The position numbers and the translations under genes were made by a program. From an uncultured Nitrososphaerota archaeon (GTDB lineage Archaea > Thermoproteota > Nitrososphaeria > Nitrososphaerales > Gagatemarchaeaceae), in assembly GCA_963838925.1 (NCBI GenBank), contig CAWISW010000001.1, positions 224,001-288,000 of the forward strand: a DNA stretch of 64,000 nt, read 5' to 3'. Shown piece after piece: positions 29,823 through 38,532 of this stretch (position 1 is its first letter; every line of letters begins with the position of its first letter). The notes beneath the pieces are model-generated. The model was given only the letters and a program-made list of their open reading frames with translations, was not told the DNA's origin and searched no databases.

Positions 29823-29866
29823 CAGAATTCCCATCCCATTTATTTTCCCGCTAGTACATAAACCTG

Positions 29867-29905
29867 TAGCCCGCTCCGGGCCTGCACCCAATTAGGTACG
29901 AATCC
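29867..29905. repeat. Degenerate att-like repeat R4
   Basis: tagcccgctccgggcctgcacccaattaggtacgaatcc; arm matches R1 (gcac..attaggt.cgaatcc) and R3 (ctgcaccc). Confidence 0.7.
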
Positions 29906-29915
29906 AAATCCAGTC

Positions 29916-30275
29916 TCACGCCACGATGGGCCGGATCTTGGTGTGCAGATACTCGGCATTCGCGGAACGGAGGATCCTTAGGGCTAAGTAGACTCCATGT
30001 TTCTGGCTGTAGGTCAACATCACTTTCGATTCTTTGAATGCAAGTAGGATGAAGTCCATGGCGCCATAGACTTTCTCTTCTTGTTGAAACATTCCAATCG
30101 CGAGACTGTCGAGTCGCGCGACCTTTTTCTCCTCCTCCATTCCAAGCCTGTCTTTCTTCCCGTATGCCTCTGAATCGACATGTGCAACTTCCCCGCCCTG
30201 CTCGTCAATGACGAGGACGCGAAGGATAGCCGGGTCGGCGGCAAGAATCTTCTTGGCAAGAGATTCTGCGTCCAA
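29916..30275 (-). CDS. Small roadblock/profilin-like protein, cassette 4
   Basis: ILAADPAILRVLVIDEQG N-terminus and alternating beta pattern; fold call is inference. Confidence 0.55.
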   Translation of the reverse strand: MDAESLAKKILAADPAILRVLVIDEQGGEVAHVDSEAYGKKDRLGMEEEKKVARLDSLAIGMFQQEEKVYGAMDFILLAFKESKVMLTYSQKHGVYLALRILRSANAEYLHTKIRPIVA

Positions 30276-30431
30276 GTCCTCGAAATTGAAACTCCAAGTG
30301 GAATTTATGTCTTCTAGGGGCCTGTGGCAGAAGCATGGACCTCAGATTTATTTTGCTGAGATTCTGCCCATGATGGCTAATCCGCGGCGAGTTCAAATCT
30401 TATACGGTAAACAGAGTAAGAAATGAGCGAA

Positions 30432-30504
30432 TAGCCCGTCCAGGATTCGAACCTGGGTCAGAGGCTCCAGAGGCCCCTATCCTTGACCACTAGACGAACG
30501 GGCT
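30432..30504 (-). tRNA. tRNA-Gln(CTG)
   Basis: AGCCCGT...CT CTG GA...GGTTCGAATCCTGGACGGGCTA cloverleaf. Confidence 0.95.
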
Positions 30505-30580
30505 GCTAGCGCGAGTCCTCGGGCACCAAGACCCGCCTTTTTAGCTTGCTATCCTCTTTTTTGCGATTTTGCGTCCAGAC

Positions 30581-32509
30581 CTATATCTCGTCCATCGCCC
30601 TCATCCCAAGGAGCCCGAGCGCGTCCTTCAGGATCACCCTGAAACCCTCGATCATCGCGAGCCTGGCCTCCCTCAGGGTGGGGTCGGCCTCGCTGTTCAC
30701 CTGCACTTGCTCGTAGAACTCGTTGAAGGTGGCCGCCAGCGAGTGCGCGTACGTCGCGACCTCCTTTGGGGAGAGGTACCTCTCCGCCTCGAGCACCGAC
30801 TTGTCGTAGATCGACAGCATCTTCAGGAGCGCAACCTCCTTCGGATGGTTCAGCCTCACGGCCGACGCCTCGGTTATCACCGCCTCCTTCCCGCCCGACT
30901 TGACCAGGATCCTGCTCGCCCGCGCGTAGCTGTACAGAAGGTATGGGCCCGTGTCCCCCTGCAGCCTGAGAGACGACTCCATGTCGAACGCGATCATCTT
31001 GTCGGGGTCCTGCTTGACGAGCTCGAACCTGAAGGCGGCGACGGCCAGCGCGTCGGCCACGGCGTTGATCCACTCCTCGCTCCTCTCTGGGTTCCTCCTC
31101 TTGGTCTCCTCCTTCGACTTCGCCTTCAGAGCGTCCAGCATGGGGTCGACGTTGATGTAGATGCCCTTCCTGCCCTGCATGTGCACGAACTCGCCTTCGA
31201 CCGGCATGCCGAGGCTCTCCGCTGACCTCTTGGACAGCGCCACAACCTCGTAAGCCCTGTGCAGGTACCGCTCGCTCTCCTTCCCCTCCATCCTCTCGAG
31301 CACTCTGCTGACCACCTTCTGGAGCCTGCTCTGCTTCGAGTCGATGACCGAAATCGCGAGGTCGGCTCCCCCGAACCTCGGGTGGGAAGGCGCGCCAGCG
31401 TCAGGCCCAGCGGACCTCGTCTCCGTGGTGCTCCAGAGCGTGCTCCCGTCGGGCTGCGTGCCATATTCCCTGTACGAGAACCGGTCGCCCACGAGGCCTA
31501 TCTTCCAGGCTGCGTAGGGGATGTCCTTCGCCACGTACACCACGGTGCCGTCAGACCTGACCAGCACTTTGTCCTCTCCGAGCTCCTTGTCCTTGACCAC
31601 CCAGCAGCCCGCGTTCACGCCGTCCTTCTCGAGGACGGCTATCTCCTTGCGCTTGAGCTCCTCGAAGACCTCCTTCCACATCCCCGTCCTCAGGATGTGA
31701 GACTCCCAGTTCAGGAGGTCGTAGCGGGCGCCCAGGCGCCAGCACGTCTGGAGCTGCGCCGCGAGTATCTGGGAGACCACCTTCTCGGCGTACTCGCTTA
31801 TCTCGCCCGTCCCCTTCTCTATCTCCTTGAGCACGAGCCGCTGCTTCTCCTTCAGGGAGGGGTCCCTCTCGTAGACCTGGTTGACCTTGGTGTAGACGAC
31901 GTCCCCGCAATAGGCGTCGAACTTCACCCCCTCGGGGGCCTTGTCGGAGAGGTGCAGGAACTTCAGACCCACGATGACGTCCGCGACCTGGGCCCCAGAG
32001 TCGTCGATGTAGTTGAGGGTCTGCACGTCGTGCCCCAGCCTCTTCATCGTCCTGACCAGCGAGTCCCCGAGGACGAGGTTCCTGGCGTGCCCGATGTGCA
32101 GGGCCTTGTTCGGGTTAACGTTCGTGTGCTCGATTGCGATGCGCTTCCTCGGCCCTGGCGCGTCCATCGGGATGACGCCGCCGACCGGCTTCAAGAGGGA
32201 GGTCAGAAGCTCGCCTGCGAAGACGCCCCAGTTGGTCCGGAAGTTAACGTACCCGGAAGCGTGCGCCTCGACCCCGCCGATCAGGTGCCAGTCCGTGCCC
32301 GAGTCCACCGCCTCAGCGAGCTCCTTGGCTATCAGACCGGGGGCCTTGTGGGTCGTCTTCGCCAGTCTAAGGCCGACGGGGCTAGACAGGTCTCCGAGGT
32401 CTGGGTTGGGGGGGCGGAGGAGCTCGACTTCGGCGAGTTCGTAGCCCTTGAGCCTTGCAGCTGCGAGCAGCGCCTCCCTGACCTCGGCCTCGAACTCCCT
32501 GAACTTCAA
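30581..32509 (-). CDS. argS: Arginyl-tRNA synthetase
   Basis: EHTNVNPNKALHIGH, MQGRKG, GDTGPYLLYSYAR; start trimmed to TTG so it does not overlap the tRNA. Confidence 0.93.
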   Translation of the reverse strand: MKFREFEAEVREALLAAARLKGYELAEVELLRPPNPDLGDLSSPVGLRLAKTTHKAPGLIAKELAEAVDSGTDWHLIGGVEAHASGYVNFRTNWGVFAGELLTSLLKPVGGVIPMDAPGPRKRIAIEHTNVNPNKALHIGHARNLVLGDSLVRTMKRLGHDVQTLNYIDDSGAQVADVIVGLKFLHLSDKAPEGVKFDAYCGDVVYTKVNQVYERDPSLKEKQRLVLKEIEKGTGEISEYAEKVVSQILAAQLQTCWRLGARYDLLNWESHILRTGMWKEVFEELKRKEIAVLEKDGVNAGCWVVKDKELGEDKVLVRSDGTVVYVAKDIPYAAWKIGLVGDRFSYREYGTQPDGSTLWSTTETRSAGPDAGAPSHPRFGGADLAISVIDSKQSRLQKVVSRVLERMEGKESERYLHRAYEVVALSKRSAESLGMPVEGEFVHMQGRKGIYINVDPMLDALKAKSKEETKRRNPERSEEWINAVADALAVAAFRFELVKQDPDKMIAFDMESSLRLQGDTGPYLLYSYARASRILVKSGGKEAVITEASAVRLNHPKEVALLKMLSIYDKSVLEAERYLSPKEVATYAHSLAATFNEFYEQVQVNSEADPTLREARLAMIEGFRVILKDALGLLGMRAMDEI

Positions 32510-32626
32510 GTGCTGACTCAGCCTCGTTCCCATGCCATTTATCCATGCTATCTGCCCGCGGGCGTCAGGAACGTACGCCGAAACCGGCCTCAACACATAA
32601 CTAGCTTTCTCCGCATCGGGCGGAAG

Positions 32627-32705
32627 GGGCCCGTAGCCTAGCACGGATCAGGGCATCGGCCTCCGAAGCCGAAGGTCGAGAGTTCGAATCTCTCCGGGCC
32701 CGCCA
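32627..32705 (+). tRNA. tRNA-Arg(CCG), CCA encoded
   Basis: GGGCCCG acceptor stem, TCGGC CT CCG AA GCCGA anticodon arm, GTTCGAATC. Confidence 0.95.
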
Positions 32706-32785
32706 ATCCTCCACGCACGGAAGCGCCGCTCTGACCGGCGTGCTGCCGAATTCGCGCCTCCGGGTCATCACGATGCATCGCTCAC

Positions 32786-32803
32786 TATATCAAATGCGAT
32801 ATA
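32786..32803. promoter_or_regulatory. Palindrome TATATC-N6-GATATA, probable PadR operator
   Basis: Perfect 6-bp inverted repeat just upstream of the PadR gene. Confidence 0.55.
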
Positions 32804-32810
32804 CGTAAAT

Positions 32811-33428
32811 ATGTCTCGTGAGCACGGCGAATCCGTGTCTGACCGCAAGTCGAGGTCGATGAGTCCTGATTCTCCCCCGTTGACCCAGCTCAAGGGGGCT
32901 CCCAGGGGGCTGCTCCTCCATTACATCCTGCACAGCATCTCGGTCAAGCCCAAACACGGCTACGAGATCCTGCAGGACATAGAGGGAAAGACCGACGGCG
33001 CTTGGCGTCCTGGAGTGGGCTCGGTCTACCCGATACTCAAGAAGCTGATGGCGTCCGGCTACATAGAGACAGACGAGAGGGGGTCGCCATACAACAGGAG
33101 GGTCTACAGCATCACCTCGAAGGGGCTCGAGGAGATGAGGGAGCGAGGCGACATGTTCGTGAGCTCCTGGCAGCGATGGACGGCCATGCGAAAGCTGTTC
33201 TTCGACATGCTCGACCCTGCCGGGATACGCAGCATGTTCGTGGAGGGATCAAGGAAGCAGTTCGAGATGGCAAAGGAGCTCCTCGACGCCCGCAGAGAGG
33301 CGCTCTCGCGCAACGACATGGATTTCATGCTGCGCGAGTACTCGCTGAACCTGGAGAGGCAGCTCGACTGGACACAGAACCAGCTGAGGGACCTGAGGGC
33401 AAAGCCCGCCACTCCTAGGTTGCGCTGA
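32811..33428 (+). CDS. PadR family transcriptional regulator
   Basis: HGYEI, GSVYPIL, RRVYSIT..G. Confidence 0.9.
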   Translation: MSREHGESVSDRKSRSMSPDSPPLTQLKGAPRGLLLHYILHSISVKPKHGYEILQDIEGKTDGAWRPGVGSVYPILKKLMASGYIETDERGSPYNRRVYSITSKGLEEMRERGDMFVSSWQRWTAMRKLFFDMLDPAGIRSMFVEGSRKQFEMAKELLDARREALSRNDMDFMLREYSLNLERQLDWTQNQLRDLRAKPATPRLR

Positions 33429-33453
33429 GTGGTCGGAGCGTGGTGGGTCCCAC

Positions 33454-34488
33454 ATGATTGCCGAACAGCACTCCTCCAGAGGCGACAGCGCAGGTCCCAT
33501 CGTGAAGGTCGAGGGCCTTTCGAAGAGCTTCGGGCAGCAAAAGGCGGTCGACGACATTAGCTTCGAGGTGAGGCGGGGCGAGATCTTCGGTTTCCTCGGA
33601 CCCAACGGCGCAGGCAAGAGCACCACCATCAACATGCTGACGACGCTCTTGCCCCCCACATCCGGTACGGCCCTGGTCTGCGGTTTCGACATCCGCAAGC
33701 AACAGAACGAAGTGAGGGGGAGCGTCGGGGTCGTCCCTCAAGATTACACCGCCGACGAGGACATGACCGGCTACGAGAACATACTGCTGTGCGGAGACCT
33801 TTACGGAATCCCTCGGAGCGACTCAAAACGCCACGCGAGCGAGCTCCTGCAGCTGGTCGAGCTTCAGGACGCGGCGAAGAGGAAGGTGAGCACCTTCTCT
33901 GGAGGGATGCGGAGGAGGCTTGAGCTCGCCTGCGGCCTGATAAACTACCCACAGCTGCTCTTCTTGGACGAGCCGACGCTCGGGCTCGACGTCCAGACGC
34001 GCGCGGCCGTCTGGCAGTACATCCGTCAGCTCAAGCGTGATTACAGCATGACGCTCTTCCTGACGACCCACTACCTGGAGGAGGCCGACGGCCTCTGCGA
34101 CAGGATCGCGATCATCGACCACGGGCACATAATCAAGATTGGCACGCCAGACGAGCTCAAGGCCACGGTCGGAGGGGACGTCATCGTTGTCGGGGTCAGG
34201 GATGGGGAGGCAGACATCTCGTCGGACATCGCCAAGCTAGACCTCGTGAAGTCGGTCACCAAGACTGACGGCGAGTACCGCATAAAGGCCGATGCGGGAG
34301 AGGAGGCTTCCCCACAGATCATCGACGTGATCCGCTCCAAGGGGTTGCACGTCTCCAAGATCTCCCTGACGCGACCGACCCTGGACGAAGCCTACCTGGA
34401 GCTGACCGGCCGCACCCTGAGAGAAGAGGAGACGAACAAGTGGGCGATGGTGAGCCAGAGAAGGACGATGCGCACGGCGAGGTCCTAG
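33454..34488 (+). CDS. DrrA-like ABC exporter ATPase
   Basis: GPNGAGKS, FSGGMRRRL, LDEPT. Confidence 0.92.
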   Translation: MIAEQHSSRGDSAGPIVKVEGLSKSFGQQKAVDDISFEVRRGEIFGFLGPNGAGKSTTINMLTTLLPPTSGTALVCGFDIRKQQNEVRGSVGVVPQDYTADEDMTGYENILLCGDLYGIPRSDSKRHASELLQLVELQDAAKRKVSTFSGGMRRRLELACGLINYPQLLFLDEPTLGLDVQTRAAVWQYIRQLKRDYSMTLFLTTHYLEEADGLCDRIAIIDHGHIIKIGTPDELKATVGGDVIVVGVRDGEADISSDIAKLDLVKSVTKTDGEYRIKADAGEEASPQIIDVIRSKGLHVSKISLTRPTLDEAYLELTGRTLREEETNKWAMVSQRRTMRTARS

Positions 34489-34501
34489 AGAAGAGATTGC
34501 T

Positions 34502-35440
34502 TTGGTAGAGAAGGAGCAGTCCGCGACCAAGGAAGGCGCGCCTCAGGGCCCGACGATGCAGGGGCCGACGACAGCTCCGGCGGGCCGTGCGGTGGCAGCG
34601 AGGCCTGCGCCCAAGGTCAACAAGAGCCCGATCCACGGGCTCTGGGCCCTGACCGAGAGGGACCTCAGGAAGTGGTACACGAACCCATACCAGCTGCTGA
34701 TCTCACTCATTCAGCCGGTGATCTGGATGGGCCTGTTCGGCAAGGCCCTCAACTTCAGCTCCTTCATCACGGCGGGGGCTCCCCCCGGCGTCAACGCCAA
34801 CGCCATCATGGAGAGCTTCTTCGGCACGACCAGCTATTTCTCGTACCTGGTCTGCGGGATGTTGGTCTTCATCGTACTCTTCAGCTCCACGTTCGCCGGG
34901 ATGTCAGTCGTGTGGGACAGGAGGTTCGGCTTCATGAACAAGGCGTTGACCACCCCCGTCAGCAGAGGGGCCGTGGTCATGGGCAAGATCTTCCAGAGCG
35001 TCATAAGGTCGCTCATCCAGGCCGCGGTCGTCCTGCTGATCGGAGTGGCCCTTGGCATGGACACGAGCAACCTCACCGTGTTGGGGCTGGCCGGAGCGTT
35101 CGCGGTCATCTTCTTGGTCGCGATGGGCCTCTCCGGACTCTTCGTCATGCTCTCGCTCAGATCGAGCAACTGGCAGACGCAGATGGCGGTAATCAACCTG
35201 CTCAACCTGCCCCTGCTCTTCGCGAGCAACGCCCTCTTTCCGGTGAAGATCATGCCCGGCTGGCTGCAGGACGTCGTGAAGGTCAACCCAGTGAGCTACT
35301 CCATCGACGCGATCCGGCAGCTCCTGATAGGCGCGACCGGCGCCTACGCGCTTTGGTTGGACTTCACCGTGGTCCTCGGGTTCGCGGCCTTCTTCTCCAT
35401 CGTGGGGATCGTGATGTCTTGGAGACTGCTCAGCAAGTAG
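34502..35440 (+). CDS. DrrB-like ABC-2 permease
   Basis: DRRFGF, NPVSY, 6 TMs. Confidence 0.9.
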   Translation: MVEKEQSATKEGAPQGPTMQGPTTAPAGRAVAARPAPKVNKSPIHGLWALTERDLRKWYTNPYQLLISLIQPVIWMGLFGKALNFSSFITAGAPPGVNANAIMESFFGTTSYFSYLVCGMLVFIVLFSSTFAGMSVVWDRRFGFMNKALTTPVSRGAVVMGKIFQSVIRSLIQAAVVLLIGVALGMDTSNLTVLGLAGAFAVIFLVAMGLSGLFVMLSLRSSNWQTQMAVINLLNLPLLFASNALFPVKIMPGWLQDVVKVNPVSYSIDAIRQLLIGATGAYALWLDFTVVLGFAAFFSIVGIVMSWRLLSK

Positions 35441-35474
35441 TCCCGCACAACTCTTTTATTTCATCGACCTCAAA

Positions 35475-35759
35475 ATGGGGCAGGTGCGCCAGCTGAAACC
35501 TGAGAAGAGCGCCGGCAGGACAAAGCTGACCTCGACGCTCGCCCTCATCGGCAAGTCCTGCCCGAACTGCGGCACCGCGCTGGACTTTCTTGAGAACCCG
35601 CCGGTCATCCTCCCTGACGACCTCGGCCAGCTCGACTGGGACTCGGTCAAGAACCTCTCTCTCGTCCCCAAGGTGCTCGCGATATGCGTGAAGTGCGGCT
35701 TCGTGGCCGTCGAGTGCCTCACCCCGGTGGAGGCGTTAGGGACCTACGCGGGGGCCTGA
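35475..35759 (+). CDS. Small zinc-ribbon protein
   Basis: CPNCG...CVKCG. Confidence 0.65.
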   Translation: MGQVRQLKPEKSAGRTKLTSTLALIGKSCPNCGTALDFLENPPVILPDDLGQLDWDSVKNLSLVPKVLAICVKCGFVAVECLTPVEALGTYAGA

Positions 35760-35796
35760 CGCTACAGGCCTCGGAACAGAAGGCGCGTCTTGACGC

Positions 35797-36105
35797 TCAG
35801 GATTCCCTGAGGCTCTTCTCGAGGCTCTTCAGGTTCTCTTCCAAGCCCATGAGCCTCTTCTCGAGCGAGTTCATCCTCACGGAGACGTCCGACCTCATAG
35901 AGTTCAGGTCGGTCCTCATCGCGCTCATGTCAGACCTCACCGCCGTGTGCTTCGCCTGCTGGTCCTGCACCGACGACTCGAACTTCGTGTTCGACTCCCC
36001 CCTGTTGGTTCGGATCTGCTCGCCGATGCGCTTCATCTCTGAGTGGATCTCTGCGAGCTGAGCTTCTAGCTTGTCGAGGCTTGTCTGGAGCTTGGGAAGG
36101 GACAC
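35797..36105 (-). CDS. Small coiled-coil protein
   Basis: Heptad pattern; TATA-like box upstream. Confidence 0.6.
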   Translation of the reverse strand: MSLPKLQTSLDKLEAQLAEIHSEMKRIGEQIRTNRGESNTKFESSVQDQQAKHTAVRSDMSAMRTDLNSMRSDVSVRMNSLEKRLMGLEENLKSLEKSLRES

Positions 36106-36152
36106 GGCTGCGCCTTTCGTGATTTGACTATTAAAAGCTCTCAGGGGGGCGG

Positions 36153-36521
36153 CTATTCCTCGAAGACCTCAATCTCGACGTTCTTCCTCACGAAGGGAGT
36201 GATCTTCCCCTTGAACGTGGTGGCCTTGACGTGCGCGTCGTCTATGAAATGGTACTCCGTGTACGGCGGGAGCTTCCTGGGCTTGTTCATGATGAGCTGG
36301 TGGTAGAGCACCCCGTTCTGCTTCAGCCACTCGCGGGTCACCTTCTCGTGCTCCGTCGTCCTGGCGGTGAAGAAGCAGATGTAGTGCCCCTCCTCGTACC
36401 ACTTGTTGATCTCCACGATGACGTCGGGGTAGCCCTTCGCGGTCCGCATCCGCTCTATGCCGTCCTCGTTGCGGATGTGCTCGCAAATGGTCCCATCGAT
36501 GTCGATGATGAATATCTTCAA
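36153..36521 (-). CDS. Small capless HAD-like phosphatase
   Basis: DIDGT, TAR, KP, IDD. Confidence 0.8.
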   Translation of the reverse strand: MKIFIIDIDGTICEHIRNEDGIERMRTAKGYPDVIVEINKWYEEGHYICFFTARTTEHEKVTREWLKQNGVLYHQLIMNKPRKLPPYTEYHFIDDAHVKATTFKGKITPFVRKNVEIEVFEE

Positions 36522-36612
36522 TTCTCTCGCTTTGCTGAGCGCCGCAGGGACGGGTCACTCTTTATCCTTTGCCGCCCGTCTCGCATTTTCCGCGGGGCTG
36601 GGCTCTCGTCGA

Positions 36613-37404
36613 CTATCGCGAGATCGAGGACATCGCGGGCGTGACTGCCTTGGTCTCGAAGATTATCTTCCTCAAGGCCTCGGAAATCTTGAGCGGCTCG
36701 GGGTGCTGCCAGACGTTCCTTCCCACGGCAAGCCCCGCGCCACCCGCCTCCATGACTCCGCGCACCTGCGAGAGGAACGCCTCGTCGGTGGGCGTCTTGG
36801 GCCCTCCAGACATCACGACCTTTGCCTTGCCCGCGGACTTGACCGCCCACGCGAACGACTTTGCGTCCCCGCTGTACTTGATCTTCACGATGTCGGCGCC
36901 GAACTCGAGCCCAGCGCGCGCCGCGTACGCCACGATGTCGGGGTTCGTGTCGGTCGGGACCCCCGTGCCCCTCGGGTACACCCAGCAGATCGCGCCCATC
37001 CCCCTCTCGTGGGCCTCCTCCTGGATGCGCCCCCACTCCTGGACCATCTCTGACTCGTGCCCGCTGCCCAGGAAGATGGTGTAGCCTACTCCCTTGGCGC
37101 CGAGCTGCTCCGCGTACTTGACCGAGCAGTGCTGCCTCGAGATGGGCTCCGCCTTGACCAGGACGCTCTTGCCGTTGAGCTTGAGGATGAGGGGCGTCTT
37201 GCCGTCGTAGTACTTCTCGGCAGTCCCCTTTTGAAGCGCTAACCCCGTGTAGCCTCCCTTGTTGGCTATGTCGACGATGAATGCCGGGTCGACGTTCCGG
37301 TCGTTGAAGTCCTCGGTAGGCCCGTGCTCCAACCCCTGGTCGTAGGCCAGGATCATACAGCGCCCGTTCTTCAGGAACGGCGCGGCGAAGTCTTTGCTGT
37401 TCAT
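36613..37404 (-). CDS. Class I (DhnA-type) fructose-bisphosphate aldolase
   Basis: AYDQGLEHGP, YPRG, GADIVKIKY, GRNVWQ. Confidence 0.9.
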   Translation of the reverse strand: MNSKDFAAPFLKNGRCMILAYDQGLEHGPTEDFNDRNVDPAFIVDIANKGGYTGLALQKGTAEKYYDGKTPLILKLNGKSVLVKAEPISRQHCSVKYAEQLGAKGVGYTIFLGSGHESEMVQEWGRIQEEAHERGMGAICWVYPRGTGVPTDTNPDIVAYAARAGLEFGADIVKIKYSGDAKSFAWAVKSAGKAKVVMSGGPKTPTDEAFLSQVRGVMEAGGAGLAVGRNVWQHPEPLKISEALRKIIFETKAVTPAMSSISR

Positions 37405-37496
37405 GTCGAAGTCGGCCGGTCGATATCGGCCATATAAATTTGGCGAACCCGACTCAACGATTATAACCGGACCGTCTTTCCCCGTCAGCCAGAAAC

Positions 37497-38522
37497 ATGA
37501 AGATTGGCGTCTTGACGGGGGGAGGGGACTGCGCAGGTCTGAACGCCACGATCCGCGGGCTCGTGGCGCGCGCTGAGGAGTACGGCTTCGAGGTCGTCGG
37601 CATCGAGCGCGGGTGGAAGGGGCTAATCGAGCCGAAGGCGACCAAGATCTCCTACGACATGGTCGACGAGCTCGTCGGTGTGGGGGGCACGTTCATCCTC
37701 ACCTCGAGGACCAACCCGTTCAAGATGGAGGGCGGCCCCGAGAAGGTCGTCCAGAGCATCAAGAAGCTGGGGCTCGACTGCCTCGTCGCGATCGGAGGGA
37801 ACGACACCCTGGGCGTCGCCTACAAGCTCTCCAAGATGGGGATCAAGGTGGTCGGCGTCCCAAAGACGATGGACAACGACCTCTCGAGCACGGACTTCAC
37901 GTTCGGCTTCGACTCGGCGGTCAACGTGGCGGTGGAGTGCATCGACAGGGTCAAGACGACTGGCATGTCGCACGAGCGGGTGATCGTCGTCGAGGTGATG
38001 GGCAGGGACGCGGGATGGGTCGCCGCCTACGCGGGGATCGCCTCAGGAGCCCACGTCGTGCTGCTCCCAGAGGTGCCCTACGACATCGCTGACGTCTGCA
38101 AGACTCTCAAGAAGAGGTGGGACGAGGGACACAGGTTCTCCCTCGTGGTAGTCGCGGAGGGCGCGAAGGCCAAGGGCACGAGGGTGACCAAGGGCGCCGC
38201 GGTCGACGCGTTCGGGAACCCCATCCTGGGAGGCGTGGGGGAGCTCATCGCGAAGGAGATCGAGAAGAGGACGGGGATGGAGACGCGCGAGGTCGTCCTC
38301 GGCCACATCATCAGGGGCGGCGCGCCCAGCGCCTACGACCGCGTCCTAGCGACGAGGTTCGGGGTCGCAGCGGCGGAGATGGTCAAGAAGGGCAACTTCG
38401 GGATGATGGTCGCGCTAAAGGGGAACGACGTCGTCCCGGTCAAGATCGGGGGAGCCCTCGCTCAGAAGCTGGTCGACACTCGCCTGTACTCGATAGCCAA
38501 CTCTTTCTCTGGGGTGCGGTAG
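37497..38522 (+). CDS. PfkA-family phosphofructokinase, likely PPi-dependent
   Basis: TGGGDCAGLN, GGNDT, PKTMDND, EVMGR, LGHIIRGG. Confidence 0.9.
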   Translation: MKIGVLTGGGDCAGLNATIRGLVARAEEYGFEVVGIERGWKGLIEPKATKISYDMVDELVGVGGTFILTSRTNPFKMEGGPEKVVQSIKKLGLDCLVAIGGNDTLGVAYKLSKMGIKVVGVPKTMDNDLSSTDFTFGFDSAVNVAVECIDRVKTTGMSHERVIVVEVMGRDAGWVAAYAGIASGAHVVLLPEVPYDIADVCKTLKKRWDEGHRFSLVVVAEGAKAKGTRVTKGAAVDAFGNPILGGVGELIAKEIEKRTGMETREVVLGHIIRGGAPSAYDRVLATRFGVAAAEMVKKGNFGMMVALKGNDVVPVKIGGALAQKLVDTRLYSIANSFSGVR

Positions 38523-38532
38523 TTCCGGAGCC

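Larger units (their letters stand above)
28161..30444. mobile_element. Array of four small cassettes delimited by tRNA-Gln 3'-end (att-like) repeats
   Basis: TAGCCCGTCCAGG at 28161, 28603 and 29125, degenerate at 29867, and in the tRNA at 30432; visibly more AT-rich than flanks; TA cargo. Confidence 0.75.

Noticed and set aside
28161-30444. CRISPR array interpretation of the TAGCCCGTCCAGG repeats
   Set aside because: Spacing is 440-740 bp with whole genes in between, the repeat equals the tRNA 3' end, and there are no cas genes.
31259-32641. Long antisense/alternate-frame ORFs (e.g. 460 aa opposite argS, 422 aa over cox, 355 aa opposite the SelB-like gene)
   Set aside because: Typical shadow ORFs of high-GC3 coding DNA with Arg/Gly/Pro-rich nonsense composition.
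32510-32644. N-terminal extension of ArgS in the ORF track
   Set aside because: It overlaps tRNA-Arg and the promoter region; homology-like sequence starts near 32509.
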